In this document: piece after piece, positions 38,458 to 47,871 of the stretch
Position numbering within the stretch: the stretch's first letter is position 1
Layout of the letters: each line of letters starts with the position of its first letter
Source of the DNA: an uncultured Actinomycetota bacterium
Lineage (GTDB): Bacteria > Actinomycetota > Thermoleophilia > RBG-16-64-13
NCBI GenBank assembly: GCA_963843515.1
Contig: CAWJKH010000005.1
Span: forward strand, 60,874 to 124,873
Direction of reading: 5' to 3'
Length of the DNA stretch: 64,000 nucleotides
Made by a program: the position numbers and the translations under genes
Notes under the pieces: generated by a model
What the model saw: only the letters and a program-made list of their open reading frames with translations
Databases searched by the model: none
Told to the model about the DNA's origin: nothing

Positions 38458-40593
38458 GTGGCAGAGGGCACGGTGAGCGGAGACATGAGGCGGATAGGGA
38501 TCGGTCTGCCCGAGGAGTTGCCGCCTCCAGCGGAGTTCGCGCCCGGCATCCGCCGGGCGCCCGATCGGGGTTACTCGCTGACACCCAAGCGGACCGCCCT
38601 CGCCCTGAGGAACGCCCTGCGCTACGTGCCTTCGGTGCTGCACCAAGCGGTGGCGCCGGAGTTCCTGGCCGAACTGCGGGAGCGGGGGCGCATCTACGGG
38701 TACCGGTTTCGGCCGCGGGCGGGCGAAGGTGGCGTCGGAGCCGACGGGAACATCAAGGCCCGGCCTGTGGACGAGTACCGGGGCATCCTCGAGGCTCGAG
38801 CGCTGCAGCTCAACATCGATAACAACCTCGATTTCTCCGTGGCTCTCTACCCGTACGAGCTGGTCACCTACGGCGAGACCGGCCAGGTGTTCCAGAACTG
38901 GATGCAGTACCGGCTGGTGAGGCAATACCTGGAGCAGATGACCCAGACTCAGACCCTGGTTGTCGCCTCCGGGCACCCCGTGGGGCTCTTCCCTTCCCCT
39001 CGGGACGCTCCCCGGGTGATCAACACCAACGGGCTGATGGTGGGAGAGTTCGACGACCTCGCCGACTTTCACGAGGCCGCCCAGCTCGGCGTGGCCAACT
39101 ACGGGCAGATGACGGCCGGAGGCTGGATGTACATCGGACCCCAGGGGATCGTACACGGCACGTATCTGACGCTGCTCAACGCCGGAAGGCTGTACCTGGG
39201 CATACCGCAGGATCGCGACCTGGCCGGAGTGCTATACGTGAGCTCGGGCCTGGGAGGCATGAGCGGCGCCCAACCCAAAGCAGCCGATATCGCCGGGGCG
39301 GTTAGCATCACCGCCGAGGTCGACCTGTCGCGAATCGAGACCCGGCACTCGCAGGGCTGGGTGCGGCGGGTCACCGGGGATCTCGGAGAAGCCTTCTCCT
39401 GGGCGGCGGCTGCGCGCGCCGCCCGTACCCCGCTGAGCATCGCCTATCACGGGAACGTGGTGGACCTCTGGCAGTACGCTGTCGACCGGCAGATTACGGT
39501 GGAGCTGGCTTCCGATCAGACCTCATGCCACGCGGCTTACGAGGGCGGCTACGTCCCGCAAGGCCTGGACTTCGCCGCCTCCCGCGCATTGCTGGCTGCC
39601 GACCCCGCCGAGTACCGTCGCCAGGTGGACGCCTCACTACGCAGGCAGATAGAGTTGATCGGCGTCATGGCAGGTCGGGGCACGCATTTCTGGGACTACG
39701 GCAACAGCTTCCTCAAGGCGGTGTTCGAGGCCGGCGTGCCCGAGGTGGCCGCCAACCGGAGTGACACGAAGGAGGGCTTCGTCTACCCGTCGTACGTCGA
39801 GCACATCATGGGTCCGCTCTGCTTCGACCGGGGCTACGGCCCGTTCCGCTGGGTGTGCACCAGCCTCGACCCCGCCGATCTCGAGCGCACCGACGCGGTG
39901 GCTATGACCTGCATCGACCCCGACCGCTGCTGGCAAGACCGGGACAACTATCTGTGGGTGCGCGATGCCGCCAAGAACCAGCTCGTGGTCGGCTCCCAGG
40001 CCCGTATCCTCTACTCCGATGCCGAGGGCCGGGTGCGCTTGGCGCTGGCCTTCAACGACCTGGTGCGCCGGGGCGAGATCGGCCCGGTCATCATCGGACG
40101 GGACCACCACGACGTCTCCGGTACCGACTCGCCCTATCGGGAGACCAGCAACATCCACGACGGCTCCAACGTCACGGCCGACATGGCCTTCCACTGCTGG
40201 GCCGGCAACGCGGCCCGGGGCATGACGTTGGTGGTGGCCTCCAACGGCGGGGGAGTGGGCATCGGCAGGTCGATCAACACCGGCTTCGGTCTGGTCCTGG
40301 ACGGCTCCGAGCGGGTGGACGGCATCATCCGGTCGGCGGTGGAGTGGGACGTCATGGGCGGGGTGGCCCGTCGCGCCTGGGCGCGGAACGATGCTGCCAT
40401 GGAGACCGCGGCCGCCTGGAACGAGCGGCAGGCGGTCGCGACCCGGGCAGGGCAGCCGCCTGCAGCGGCGCGGCCGGCCGGCGGGGCCGTCCCGGTGTCG
40501 GCACCCGCGCCCCAGGCCCCTGCCCCGGCGCCGGGCGGCCACATCACCATGCCCCATCTGGTCGACGACGCCTTGCTCGACGGCCTGGTTTGA
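38458..40593 (+). CDS. hutU: Urocanate hydratase, long form
   Basis: PYELVTYG, YGQMTAGGWMYIGPQGIVHGT, SGLGGMSGAQPKA, SDQTSCH, GRDHHDVSGTDSPYRET. Start may be ATG 38485. Confidence 0.95.
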   Translation: MAEGTVSGDMRRIGIGLPEELPPPAEFAPGIRRAPDRGYSLTPKRTALALRNALRYVPSVLHQAVAPEFLAELRERGRIYGYRFRPRAGEGGVGADGNIKARPVDEYRGILEARALQLNIDNNLDFSVALYPYELVTYGETGQVFQNWMQYRLVRQYLEQMTQTQTLVVASGHPVGLFPSPRDAPRVINTNGLMVGEFDDLADFHEAAQLGVANYGQMTAGGWMYIGPQGIVHGTYLTLLNAGRLYLGIPQDRDLAGVLYVSSGLGGMSGAQPKAADIAGAVSITAEVDLSRIETRHSQGWVRRVTGDLGEAFSWAAAARAARTPLSIAYHGNVVDLWQYAVDRQITVELASDQTSCHAAYEGGYVPQGLDFAASRALLAADPAEYRRQVDASLRRQIELIGVMAGRGTHFWDYGNSFLKAVFEAGVPEVAANRSDTKEGFVYPSYVEHIMGPLCFDRGYGPFRWVCTSLDPADLERTDAVAMTCIDPDRCWQDRDNYLWVRDAAKNQLVVGSQARILYSDAEGRVRLALAFNDLVRRGEIGPVIIGRDHHDVSGTDSPYRETSNIHDGSNVTADMAFHCWAGNAARGMTLVVASNGGGVGIGRSINTGFGLVLDGSERVDGIIRSAVEWDVMGGVARRAWARNDAAMETAAAWNERQAVATRAGQPPAAARPAGGAVPVSAPAPQAPAPAPGGHITMPHLVDDALLDGLV

Positions 40594-40843
40594 CGGCGTG
40601 GTCTGACGGCCGCCACGCTTGCGGCCGGCTACCCAGGGCTGGCCCGCCGCGGACGGCGGCGACCCTCTCGCGCGGTGGACAAAAGTGGCGAATCCAGGGA
40701 TAGTTGTCCCAACACAGCCTGGCCCACTTCATCGCCTGTGCCCGGCCGGCTATTGCGAAAGGGGGGCGCTTGGTGGGCAAGGCATTCGTCAGCTACCCTG
40801 CGCACGTCCTGCATTTCCCTTCGTCGGGAGAGGCGGAACCGGC

Positions 40844-41674
40844 ATGAGCGACAGGCTGGCCGCGGTCAAAGCCGAGATAGCCACCCTGGAGGCAGAACAC
40901 CGACTCCGGGAGGTCCTGCCGCTATTAAGGGAGAACGCGGAGCTGACCCGGGAGGAAGAGGGTGCCGACTCCTCTGCGTACGTGGCGGCGCTCAACGAAC
41001 TGGGATCCCTGCTTCGCACCCTCAAGCAACTCGACGAATCGGAGGCCGTCTTCCGTAAGGCGGCCGAGATAGAGCTGCGGAACCGAGGGAGGAGCGCCGA
41101 CTATGCCACCTGTATCAACAACCTGGCCGGTACGTACCGTCTGCAGGCCGACCATGAGACCGCCATCGCTCTGTTCGGCGAGGCCATCGAAATCTACGAG
41201 ACCGAGGTGGGGACCGAGCACTTCGTCTATCTGAGCGCCCTCAACAACCTGGGCCTGGTGTACCAAGACCTCAAACGCTACGAAGAGGCCGAGCGCCTGC
41301 ACCGAGAGGCGCTCGCTGTGCTTGACAAGACCAAGAAACGGAACGCCGTGTACGCCACCACGCTCAACAACCTGGCCTCTGTGGCGATGGCGGCCGGCAG
41401 GTATCGAGAGGCCGAGGACTTCCTGGGGCAGACGCTGGAGGTCTACGCGGAGACGGGCGGCATGGAGTCGGTTCTCTACCTCACTGGGCTGAACAATCTG
41501 GGCGCCGCCTGCTTCATGGCCGGCGAATACGGCCGGGCGGAGCAGTACTTCTCACAGGCGCTGGCTCTCATCGAGCAGGTCCTCGGCGCGGATCATCCCG
41601 ACTGGGCCCGGACCAGCAAGAACCTGGCCCGGACTCGGGAGAAGCTTGAAGCCGAGCGACCGGAGCGAGCGTGA
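40844..41674 (+). CDS. Tetratricopeptide repeat protein
   Basis: About five ~42-aa repeats of the type YA..LNNL...Y......EA. RBS GGGAGAGG before ATG 40844. Confidence 0.88.
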   Translation: MSDRLAAVKAEIATLEAEHRLREVLPLLRENAELTREEEGADSSAYVAALNELGSLLRTLKQLDESEAVFRKAAEIELRNRGRSADYATCINNLAGTYRLQADHETAIALFGEAIEIYETEVGTEHFVYLSALNNLGLVYQDLKRYEEAERLHREALAVLDKTKKRNAVYATTLNNLASVAMAAGRYREAEDFLGQTLEVYAETGGMESVLYLTGLNNLGAACFMAGEYGRAEQYFSQALALIEQVLGADHPDWARTSKNLARTREKLEAERPERA

Positions 41675-42624
41675 AGGGGCTCGAACTCGCGGAGAACTTC
41701 TACGAAGCGCACGGCCGTCCGCTTGTGGCCACGCACTTTCCGGCCTTCGCCGACAGGATCGCCGCCGGGCTTGTGGGCGAAGGCTCTGAATGCTTCGGCT
41801 TCGACGACGAGCTGTCGCGCGACCACGACTGGGGGCCGGGCTTCTGTCTCTGGCTGACGGCTGAGGATTACGCAAAGATCGGCTCAGACGTGCAGGCGCG
41901 CTATGACGCCCTGCCCAGGGACCATCGCGGCTTCGAGCGCGGGGTGGAGGGGCCGCATGCCGGCAAGAGAACCGGGGTCTTCGAGATTACAGAGTTCTAT
42001 CGGAGGTTCATCCGGTACGATCACGTCCCTGCGACCCTGGCCGAGTGGAGGGCGCTGCCCGAGGCCTATCTGGCGACGGCCACGAACGGCCGCATCTTCG
42101 CCGACCCGCTGGGCGAGTTCACCGCGTTCCGCGAAGGACTGTTGGCCTTCTATCCCGAAGACCTGCGGCGGAAGAAGTTGGCGGCCCGCTGTGCCGCTGC
42201 CGGCCAGGCCGGGCAGTACAACTACCCGCGGTGCGTCGCCCGCGGGGAGACGGTGGCGGCCCACTGCGCCCTGGCTGCTTTCATCGAGGCCCTCATCTCC
42301 GCGGTGTATCTGTTGAACCGAAGATACCGGCCCTTCTACAAGTGGATGCATCGGGGTATGCGGGACCTGCCTATACTTGGTGAGCCTTGCTTCGGACTGC
42401 TCGGTGCACTCTGCGCGGAAGACGCTGACGGCGAAGGGGCCGGCTCGGCGGGACATGCGGGGCGGGAGCGCCTCATCGAGGAGATCAGCGCGCTCGTCAT
42501 CGCCCGCCTGACGGTCGAAGGCCTGAGCGACTCCGGGAGTGATTTCTTGCTGGACCATGCGCACGCGGTTCAAGCGACGATAGCCAACCAGGCCCTCAGG
42601 GGCCTTCCGGTGATGATGGAGTAG
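41671..42624 (+). CDS. DUF4037-domain protein (nucleotidyltransferase-like N-terminus)
   Basis: AAGLVGEGSECFGFDDELSRDHDWGPGF, ATNGRIF.DP.G.F, GQYNY.R, PFYKW. Overlaps the TPR stop (GTGA). Confidence 0.8.
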   Translation: MKGLELAENFYEAHGRPLVATHFPAFADRIAAGLVGEGSECFGFDDELSRDHDWGPGFCLWLTAEDYAKIGSDVQARYDALPRDHRGFERGVEGPHAGKRTGVFEITEFYRRFIRYDHVPATLAEWRALPEAYLATATNGRIFADPLGEFTAFREGLLAFYPEDLRRKKLAARCAAAGQAGQYNYPRCVARGETVAAHCALAAFIEALISAVYLLNRRYRPFYKWMHRGMRDLPILGEPCFGLLGALCAEDADGEGAGSAGHAGRERLIEEISALVIARLTVEGLSDSGSDFLLDHAHAVQATIANQALRGLPVMME

Positions 42625-42639
42625 CGAAGTGATTGCACA

Positions 42640-43332
42640 GTGATCGAAGAGACGGGACGGCAGGACGCTAACGCGGGCGACGGGACGGCCGTGGTCGACG
42701 AGACCCTGACCGCGATCCTCGAGTTGGAGTGGCAGATGTTCCAGGAGGTGCGGGGTCTGGACGGTCCCGCTCCCTGCCAGCAGGATCGGCGCACATTCGA
42801 CATCATGCGCTCCAGCCAGGTGCTGTCCTGGGACGAGGAGACCGCGGGCAGCTACCTGGGAGACCTCCGGCGGGCGCGCGCCTCCGGCCGTAACCTCATG
42901 ACCGAGAAGTACGCGCGCATGATGGAGAGCACTTCCCCCTGCGAGTGCCGGGGTCTGGGGGCGGTCGTGCCTGAGCTGGACGAGCAGGCCGCCGGTTTGG
43001 TGGAGCGGCTCACGGCGTTCTCGGTGCGCTGGCGGGAAGAGCTGGGAGTCAAGTACCCGCTGGTCACCGGCCGCGGGCGCCCCGTGCGCGCGTTCGCAGA
43101 CGACCGCCTCACCACCTCGTTCGAGACCTACACCCGCGGCGAGCTGGCCACCTACAGCTTGAGGACCCTGCGCGTTCTCGACGCCCACTACGCGGCCCTG
43201 GTCGAAGCCGGGGTGAACCCGGCTGAAGTCATTTTGGGGCACACCCTGGCCGGCTACGGTTTCGCGTCGCTCGATGAGGCCGAAGCGGCCTTGGCTGCCC
43301 ATGCCGCGAGAAAAGGCAGTCCCCGCGCATGA
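42640..43332 (+). CDS. DUF4125-family protein
   Basis: EWQMFQEV...CQ.D..TF.IMRSSQ, GRNLMTEKYARMM, TSFETY.RGEL.TYS. Confidence 0.82.
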   Translation: MIEETGRQDANAGDGTAVVDETLTAILELEWQMFQEVRGLDGPAPCQQDRRTFDIMRSSQVLSWDEETAGSYLGDLRRARASGRNLMTEKYARMMESTSPCECRGLGAVVPELDEQAAGLVERLTAFSVRWREELGVKYPLVTGRGRPVRAFADDRLTTSFETYTRGELATYSLRTLRVLDAHYAALVEAGVNPAEVILGHTLAGYGFASLDEAEAALAAHAARKGSPRA

Positions 43333-44549
43333 CGGACGTCCAAGGCTCGGATCAGGGGCCGGTGCAGAAGCGACTGGGTAGGAAGGGTCTGATCGTATTT
43401 CTAGCCTTTCTCAGCGCCTTTGTCCCACTGTCCACTGATCTCTATCTCCCGGCACTGCCCGGCATGTCGCGGTACTTCGGGGCGCCGGAGTACGTGACGA
43501 ACCTTACCCTCGTCCTGTTCTTCGTCTTCTATGCGTTGGCCACCCTCTTTTGGGGACCGCTGAGCGACCGCTACGGGCGCCGGCCGATCCTCATCATCGG
43601 CCTCACGCTGTACATGGTCGCAGGCGGATTGTGCGCGGTCTCGTCCGATGTGTACCAACTCATCGCCTTCCGCATCCTGCAGGCGATAGGGGCGGGGGCG
43701 GCCACGGCGGTGGCCACCGCTATCATCAAGGATGTGTACCGTGGACGGAAGCGGGAGTCGACCCTCGCTCTGGTCCAGTCGATGACCATCATCTCGCCGG
43801 CGGTGGCTCCGGTACTCGGGGCCCTTCTGCTGCGGGTGACCTCCTGGCGAGGGACGTTCGTGGCCCAGGCCGTGCTGGGGCTGGGAGTCTTGGTCGCCTC
43901 CCTGGTCTTCGAAGAGACCATCAAGACTCGGAACACGGGTAGCGCGTTCTCCTCCCTGTGGCGGTTGGGCGCGGTCATGAGGAATGCCGCCTTCGCCCGC
44001 ATGCTGCTGACCTTCTCACTCTTGAGCATCATGGGCATGGCCTTCATCTCCTCGTCGTCGTACATCTACGAGGACACCTTCGGGGTGAGCAGCCAGGTTT
44101 ACAGCTACTTCTTTGCTTTGTGGGCCGCGGGGCTGGCGCTCGGGCCCCCCATCTACCTGAGGATGTCGTGGCGGTGGAAGCGCACATCCATCATCACCGG
44201 CTCTCTGGTCACGATGGCGTTGAGCGGCGTGCTCACCCTTCTCGTGGGCGACCTCGGCCCCTGGCCGTTCATCGCCTGCATGCTCCCGGCGGGTATGGCC
44301 ATGAGCGTCATGCGTCCCCCTGCCGTCTATCTGATGCTGGACCAGCACGAGTCGGACGCCGGCTCGGTCTCGGCCCTTATGTCCTCCTCGCACATGGTGA
44401 TGGGGAGTATCGGGATGATGATCGTCTCCCTGCAAGTGGGGGACCGGATACGGCTGCTCGGTCTGCTCTACGTTGTCATCGGGCTGCTGTCCACCGCGCT
44501 GTGGGTGTTCGTGGCACAGCCCAGCCTGGTCAGACCGAGCAAGGCGTAG
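43329..44549 (+). CDS. Bcr/CflA-family MFS efflux transporter
   Basis: DLYLPALP, GPLSDRYGRRP motif A, RILQAIG, 12 TM. Confidence 0.9.
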   Translation: MTDVQGSDQGPVQKRLGRKGLIVFLAFLSAFVPLSTDLYLPALPGMSRYFGAPEYVTNLTLVLFFVFYALATLFWGPLSDRYGRRPILIIGLTLYMVAGGLCAVSSDVYQLIAFRILQAIGAGAATAVATAIIKDVYRGRKRESTLALVQSMTIISPAVAPVLGALLLRVTSWRGTFVAQAVLGLGVLVASLVFEETIKTRNTGSAFSSLWRLGAVMRNAAFARMLLTFSLLSIMGMAFISSSSYIYEDTFGVSSQVYSYFFALWAAGLALGPPIYLRMSWRWKRTSIITGSLVTMALSGVLTLLVGDLGPWPFIACMLPAGMAMSVMRPPAVYLMLDQHESDAGSVSALMSSSHMVMGSIGMMIVSLQVGDRIRLLGLLYVVIGLLSTALWVFVAQPSLVRPSKA

Positions 44550-44610
44550 GGCCCACCCGGGCTGGCGGGGCCGAACAGGCCCGTGGGCCACCGTGATGTA
44601 CCGCCGGGGG

Positions 44611-46323
44611 CTACCCCGCTTGCTTCTGGAAGGCCGCCTCCGCGTCGGGAAGCCGCTCGAAGATGTTGGCGCTACCTACAGTCTCAACGACGCCGGACTT
44701 CTCCAGCTGGCCGCGCACGGTGTCCTCCACGCCGGCGAGCACCAGGGTGATGCCCTTCTCCTCAAGGAGCCGCTGGGTCTCGCGCAGGGTCGCGGCTGCG
44801 GTGAAGTCCACCTCGTCCACGGCCGACATGTCCACGCAGAACCACTTGAGCGGCGGATCGGCGGCGCCGACTAGCTCGAGCACCTGCTCGGAGAGCAGTT
44901 CGGCATTGGCGTAGTACATGCTGTGGTTGAAGTGGTAGACCATCAGACCGGGGGCTATCTGGGCGTTGCTGCTCAGGGGCGCAAACTTGTCCCGACCGGC
45001 CTCGTCCACCTCCACCAATACGTTCTTGGGTTTGTATCCGTGCCAGGTGTGGATGAGGATGGAGAGCACTATCGCGAGGAGGATGCCCTGTTCCACGCCT
45101 ATGAAGATAACCACCAGCGCGGTGATGAGCGCCACCACGAACTCGATGGGCCGCTCGCGGAGGATCTTGCTCATACCTTTGCGATCCACCAACTCGATGC
45201 CGATCAAGAACACGACGGACGAGAGCACCGCCTCGGGCATGTAGGACAGCGGCCCCGTCAAGAAGAGCAGCACGATCAGCACGATCACAGCGGTCGTGAG
45301 GGTGGACAGCTGACTCCGGCCGCCGGCGCTATCGAGCATCTGGGTCTTGGTGGGACTGCCGTTCACCACGAAGGCGCCGCTCAGACCCGCGCCGATGTTG
45401 GCCAGCCCAAGTCCAACCAGGTCGACGTTCTCGCTGAACTTCTCGCTGTATCGGGCGGCGTAGGCCCGTGACGTGGCCGCGCTCTGTGCCAGGATGACGA
45501 TGAACATCGAGAAGGCCACGCCCAGCAGTTCTCCGATGGTGCTGGCGTTCAACGTCACCCCCGACGGCAGGCCGAAGTTCGGCAGTCCGCCGGGGACCGT
45601 GCCCAGCACCGCGACCCCGTGCGCAGAGAGATCGGCAGCGTAGCTCACGACGATGGCTCCGATGACTGCGATCAGCGCGCCCGGGATCTTCTTGCTGATC
45701 ATGCGCGAACCCACGATGACCACGAGCACCGCGACGGACACCGCGAACGTGGTCCAGCTGATCTGATCGAGTTGCTGGAAGTCTTTGACGAGCTTCTGCG
45801 CTGGACCGGAGCCACCTCCGGGGATGCCCAGCATGCCCGATATCTGCCCGATGGCCACCTGGACGCCCACACCGGTCAGGAAGCCTATCAACACGGTACG
45901 CGAGAGGAAGTCGGCTATGAAGCCCAGCCGGACGATCCGGGCGAAGATGAGGATGCCGGCAGCCATGAGCGCCAGGATGCCGGCGTAGGCCACGTATTGG
46001 GGCGAGGAGGCCGCGGCCAGACCGGTAAGCCCCGCGGCCATGATGGCCGCCGTTGCCGAGTCGGCGCCCACGACCAGGTGGCGCGAGGAGCCGAAAAGGG
46101 CGAAGAGGGCGGTGGGGATGAGGATGGTATAGAGACCGGTGACCACCGGCATGCCCGCGATCTTGGTATAGCCCATGACCTCAGGGATGGCGAGGCAGGC
46201 CAGCGTGATCCCGGCGACCAGCTCGATAGGGATCTTGGCCCTGTCCACAGGCACGATCCCCTGGAGTATGGGAAGGCTACGCCGCTTCTTGGCAGTCGCC
46301 GCAGGCGTGGTCGCCGTCGCCAT
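44611..46323 (-). CDS. SulP-family anion transporter with STAS domain
   Basis: AGIT...IPEVMGY, FGSSRHLVVG, GFLTGVG, GGRSQL, C-terminal STAS (YYANAE, VDFTAA). Confidence 0.92.
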   Translation of the reverse strand: MATATTPAATAKKRRSLPILQGIVPVDRAKIPIELVAGITLACLAIPEVMGYTKIAGMPVVTGLYTILIPTALFALFGSSRHLVVGADSATAAIMAAGLTGLAAASSPQYVAYAGILALMAAGILIFARIVRLGFIADFLSRTVLIGFLTGVGVQVAIGQISGMLGIPGGGSGPAQKLVKDFQQLDQISWTTFAVSVAVLVVIVGSRMISKKIPGALIAVIGAIVVSYAADLSAHGVAVLGTVPGGLPNFGLPSGVTLNASTIGELLGVAFSMFIVILAQSAATSRAYAARYSEKFSENVDLVGLGLANIGAGLSGAFVVNGSPTKTQMLDSAGGRSQLSTLTTAVIVLIVLLFLTGPLSYMPEAVLSSVVFLIGIELVDRKGMSKILRERPIEFVVALITALVVIFIGVEQGILLAIVLSILIHTWHGYKPKNVLVEVDEAGRDKFAPLSSNAQIAPGLMVYHFNHSMYYANAELLSEQVLELVGAADPPLKWFCVDMSAVDEVDFTAAATLRETQRLLEEKGITLVLAGVEDTVRGQLEKSGVVETVGSANIFERLPDAEAAFQKQAG

Positions 46324-46505
46324 TGGGTCCCCTCCTCGTGGGCTCCGCAGACACCCGTGATGCTCGATGGTCCCCGAATGCGCTACCTCTCAAACGAACG
46401 CAGCAGCCTCGGGGGGCCGGTGGTTTGCGCGGGTCGCGGGCGAGCCGATACCATGGTTCGGGGCGGGCGCCCTGGGTGTACTGACCGACGCGAAGCGAGC
46501 GCACC

Positions 46506-47255
46506 ATGATCAAGACCGTGATACTGCACCATCTCCTCGATATGAGCGACCTTCCCGCCGCCGAACGATGGTTCTACCGGTACCATGTGCCCGAGGTGCT
46601 CCGGAACCAGCCGGTGAGCTACGTGAGCTATCGAGCGGTTCCGCCGCCCCCCGGTGCGGAGGCGTTCGGATACTTCAACTACAAGGTGCACGAGAACGTC
46701 AACCGGGGCGAAGCCGAGAAGCCGCTGGGCCTCACAGGCATGACCAAAGAGGTCGTCCCACTCAGGGTCATCATGGTGAACGTTCCCGCCACGCCCACCG
46801 ACGACTTCCTGGGGAAGGGGGCCTCGTTCGAGGAGAGGACCATCTTGCGCTGGCTCATCGCCTTCCGCTATCCGAAAGGCGTGAGCGTCGAGGAGGGCGA
46901 CGACTGGTACCTCAACGTGCACGCCAAAGAGGCCATGCAGCAGCCCGGAATCACCCGCTTCTTCAGTTACCGGGTCATCGCGCCGCCTGAAGTGATGGAC
47001 AAGGTGGTGCCCGCATTCCTGCACCCGAGGTCGGAGGTGTCGTCGGACTGGCACCGGGTCACGGAGCAGTGGTACGAGAACAGCAACGGCTGGGTGGAGT
47101 CGAACTTCACGTCGCCGCCGCGATACACGGCGCCGCCCTGGGCGACCCACGGCCGCTACCCCTTCCTGGAGCCCGGCCTCGACTTCGCCAGCACCTTCAT
47201 CCTGGAGCGGCCCACCGACGACTGGCTGAAAGAGGTGCCCCGCTTCTACGTGTGA
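46506..47255 (+). CDS. Hypothetical protein with two EthD-like repeats
   Basis: Internal duplication ERWFYRYHVPEV / DDWYLNVHAKEA, and a later RVTEQWY motif. Confidence 0.65.
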   Translation: MIKTVILHHLLDMSDLPAAERWFYRYHVPEVLRNQPVSYVSYRAVPPPPGAEAFGYFNYKVHENVNRGEAEKPLGLTGMTKEVVPLRVIMVNVPATPTDDFLGKGASFEERTILRWLIAFRYPKGVSVEEGDDWYLNVHAKEAMQQPGITRFFSYRVIAPPEVMDKVVPAFLHPRSEVSSDWHRVTEQWYENSNGWVESNFTSPPRYTAPPWATHGRYPFLEPGLDFASTFILERPTDDWLKEVPRFYV

Positions 47256-47368
47256 GCACGACCCGACCCTGCGCCGACCGCTGGGACGAGGTGTAAACGC
47301 ACGGGGCCGTGCCGCACATGTAGGGGTGCACCAGGTGCGCCCATCGATGCGGCACGGAGGTCCGGAGT

Positions 47369-47589
47369 ATGAGGGTAGCCGACAACGATCGCGAGGAGCG
47401 TTTCGACGCTCTGCTCAAGCAGTATCTGTCGCAAGTCTTCCTGACAACGTGGCGCCGGGCGACGACCTGTCCCTGCTGGTGCAGGCCGACGAGCAGCGGC
47501 AGATCCGCCACGTGGACGGCCTCTACTACGAGACCTATGGATACAGCATGGGAGTCCCTCTCGCGGCACGAGTCACGATGGTGAATAGA
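47369..47589 (+). pseudogene. Possible collapsed remnant of an ECF sigma factor gene
   Basis: GGAGG then MRVADNDREERFDALLKQYLSQVF (region-2-like start), followed by out-of-frame fragments (LLVQADEQRQIR). No intact ORF. Confidence 0.3.
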
Positions 47590-47871
47590 TCCACGTCACT
47601 TCCTACGACGATGGGGGAGAGAGGCCGGCCGGAGTGTGGGCCAACGAGGAGGCGACACACCCGCCGGCCGGCTCTCCGCCGCGCGCTCCGACCTCGCGGG
47701 TGCCGGGCTCATCGAGTTGGTGAGTGGGGCGCGGGGGTACACCCGAACGACGAGTGAGGATGGGCACGTGACGTACGCGGGGACCACCACTGTCGCCGCC
47801 GTCCCGATGTGATCCGGACGGGCGATTCGGGGTGCCGCGCCTGGGTGGCTCGAGAGGCGCTTAGCGCGAAA

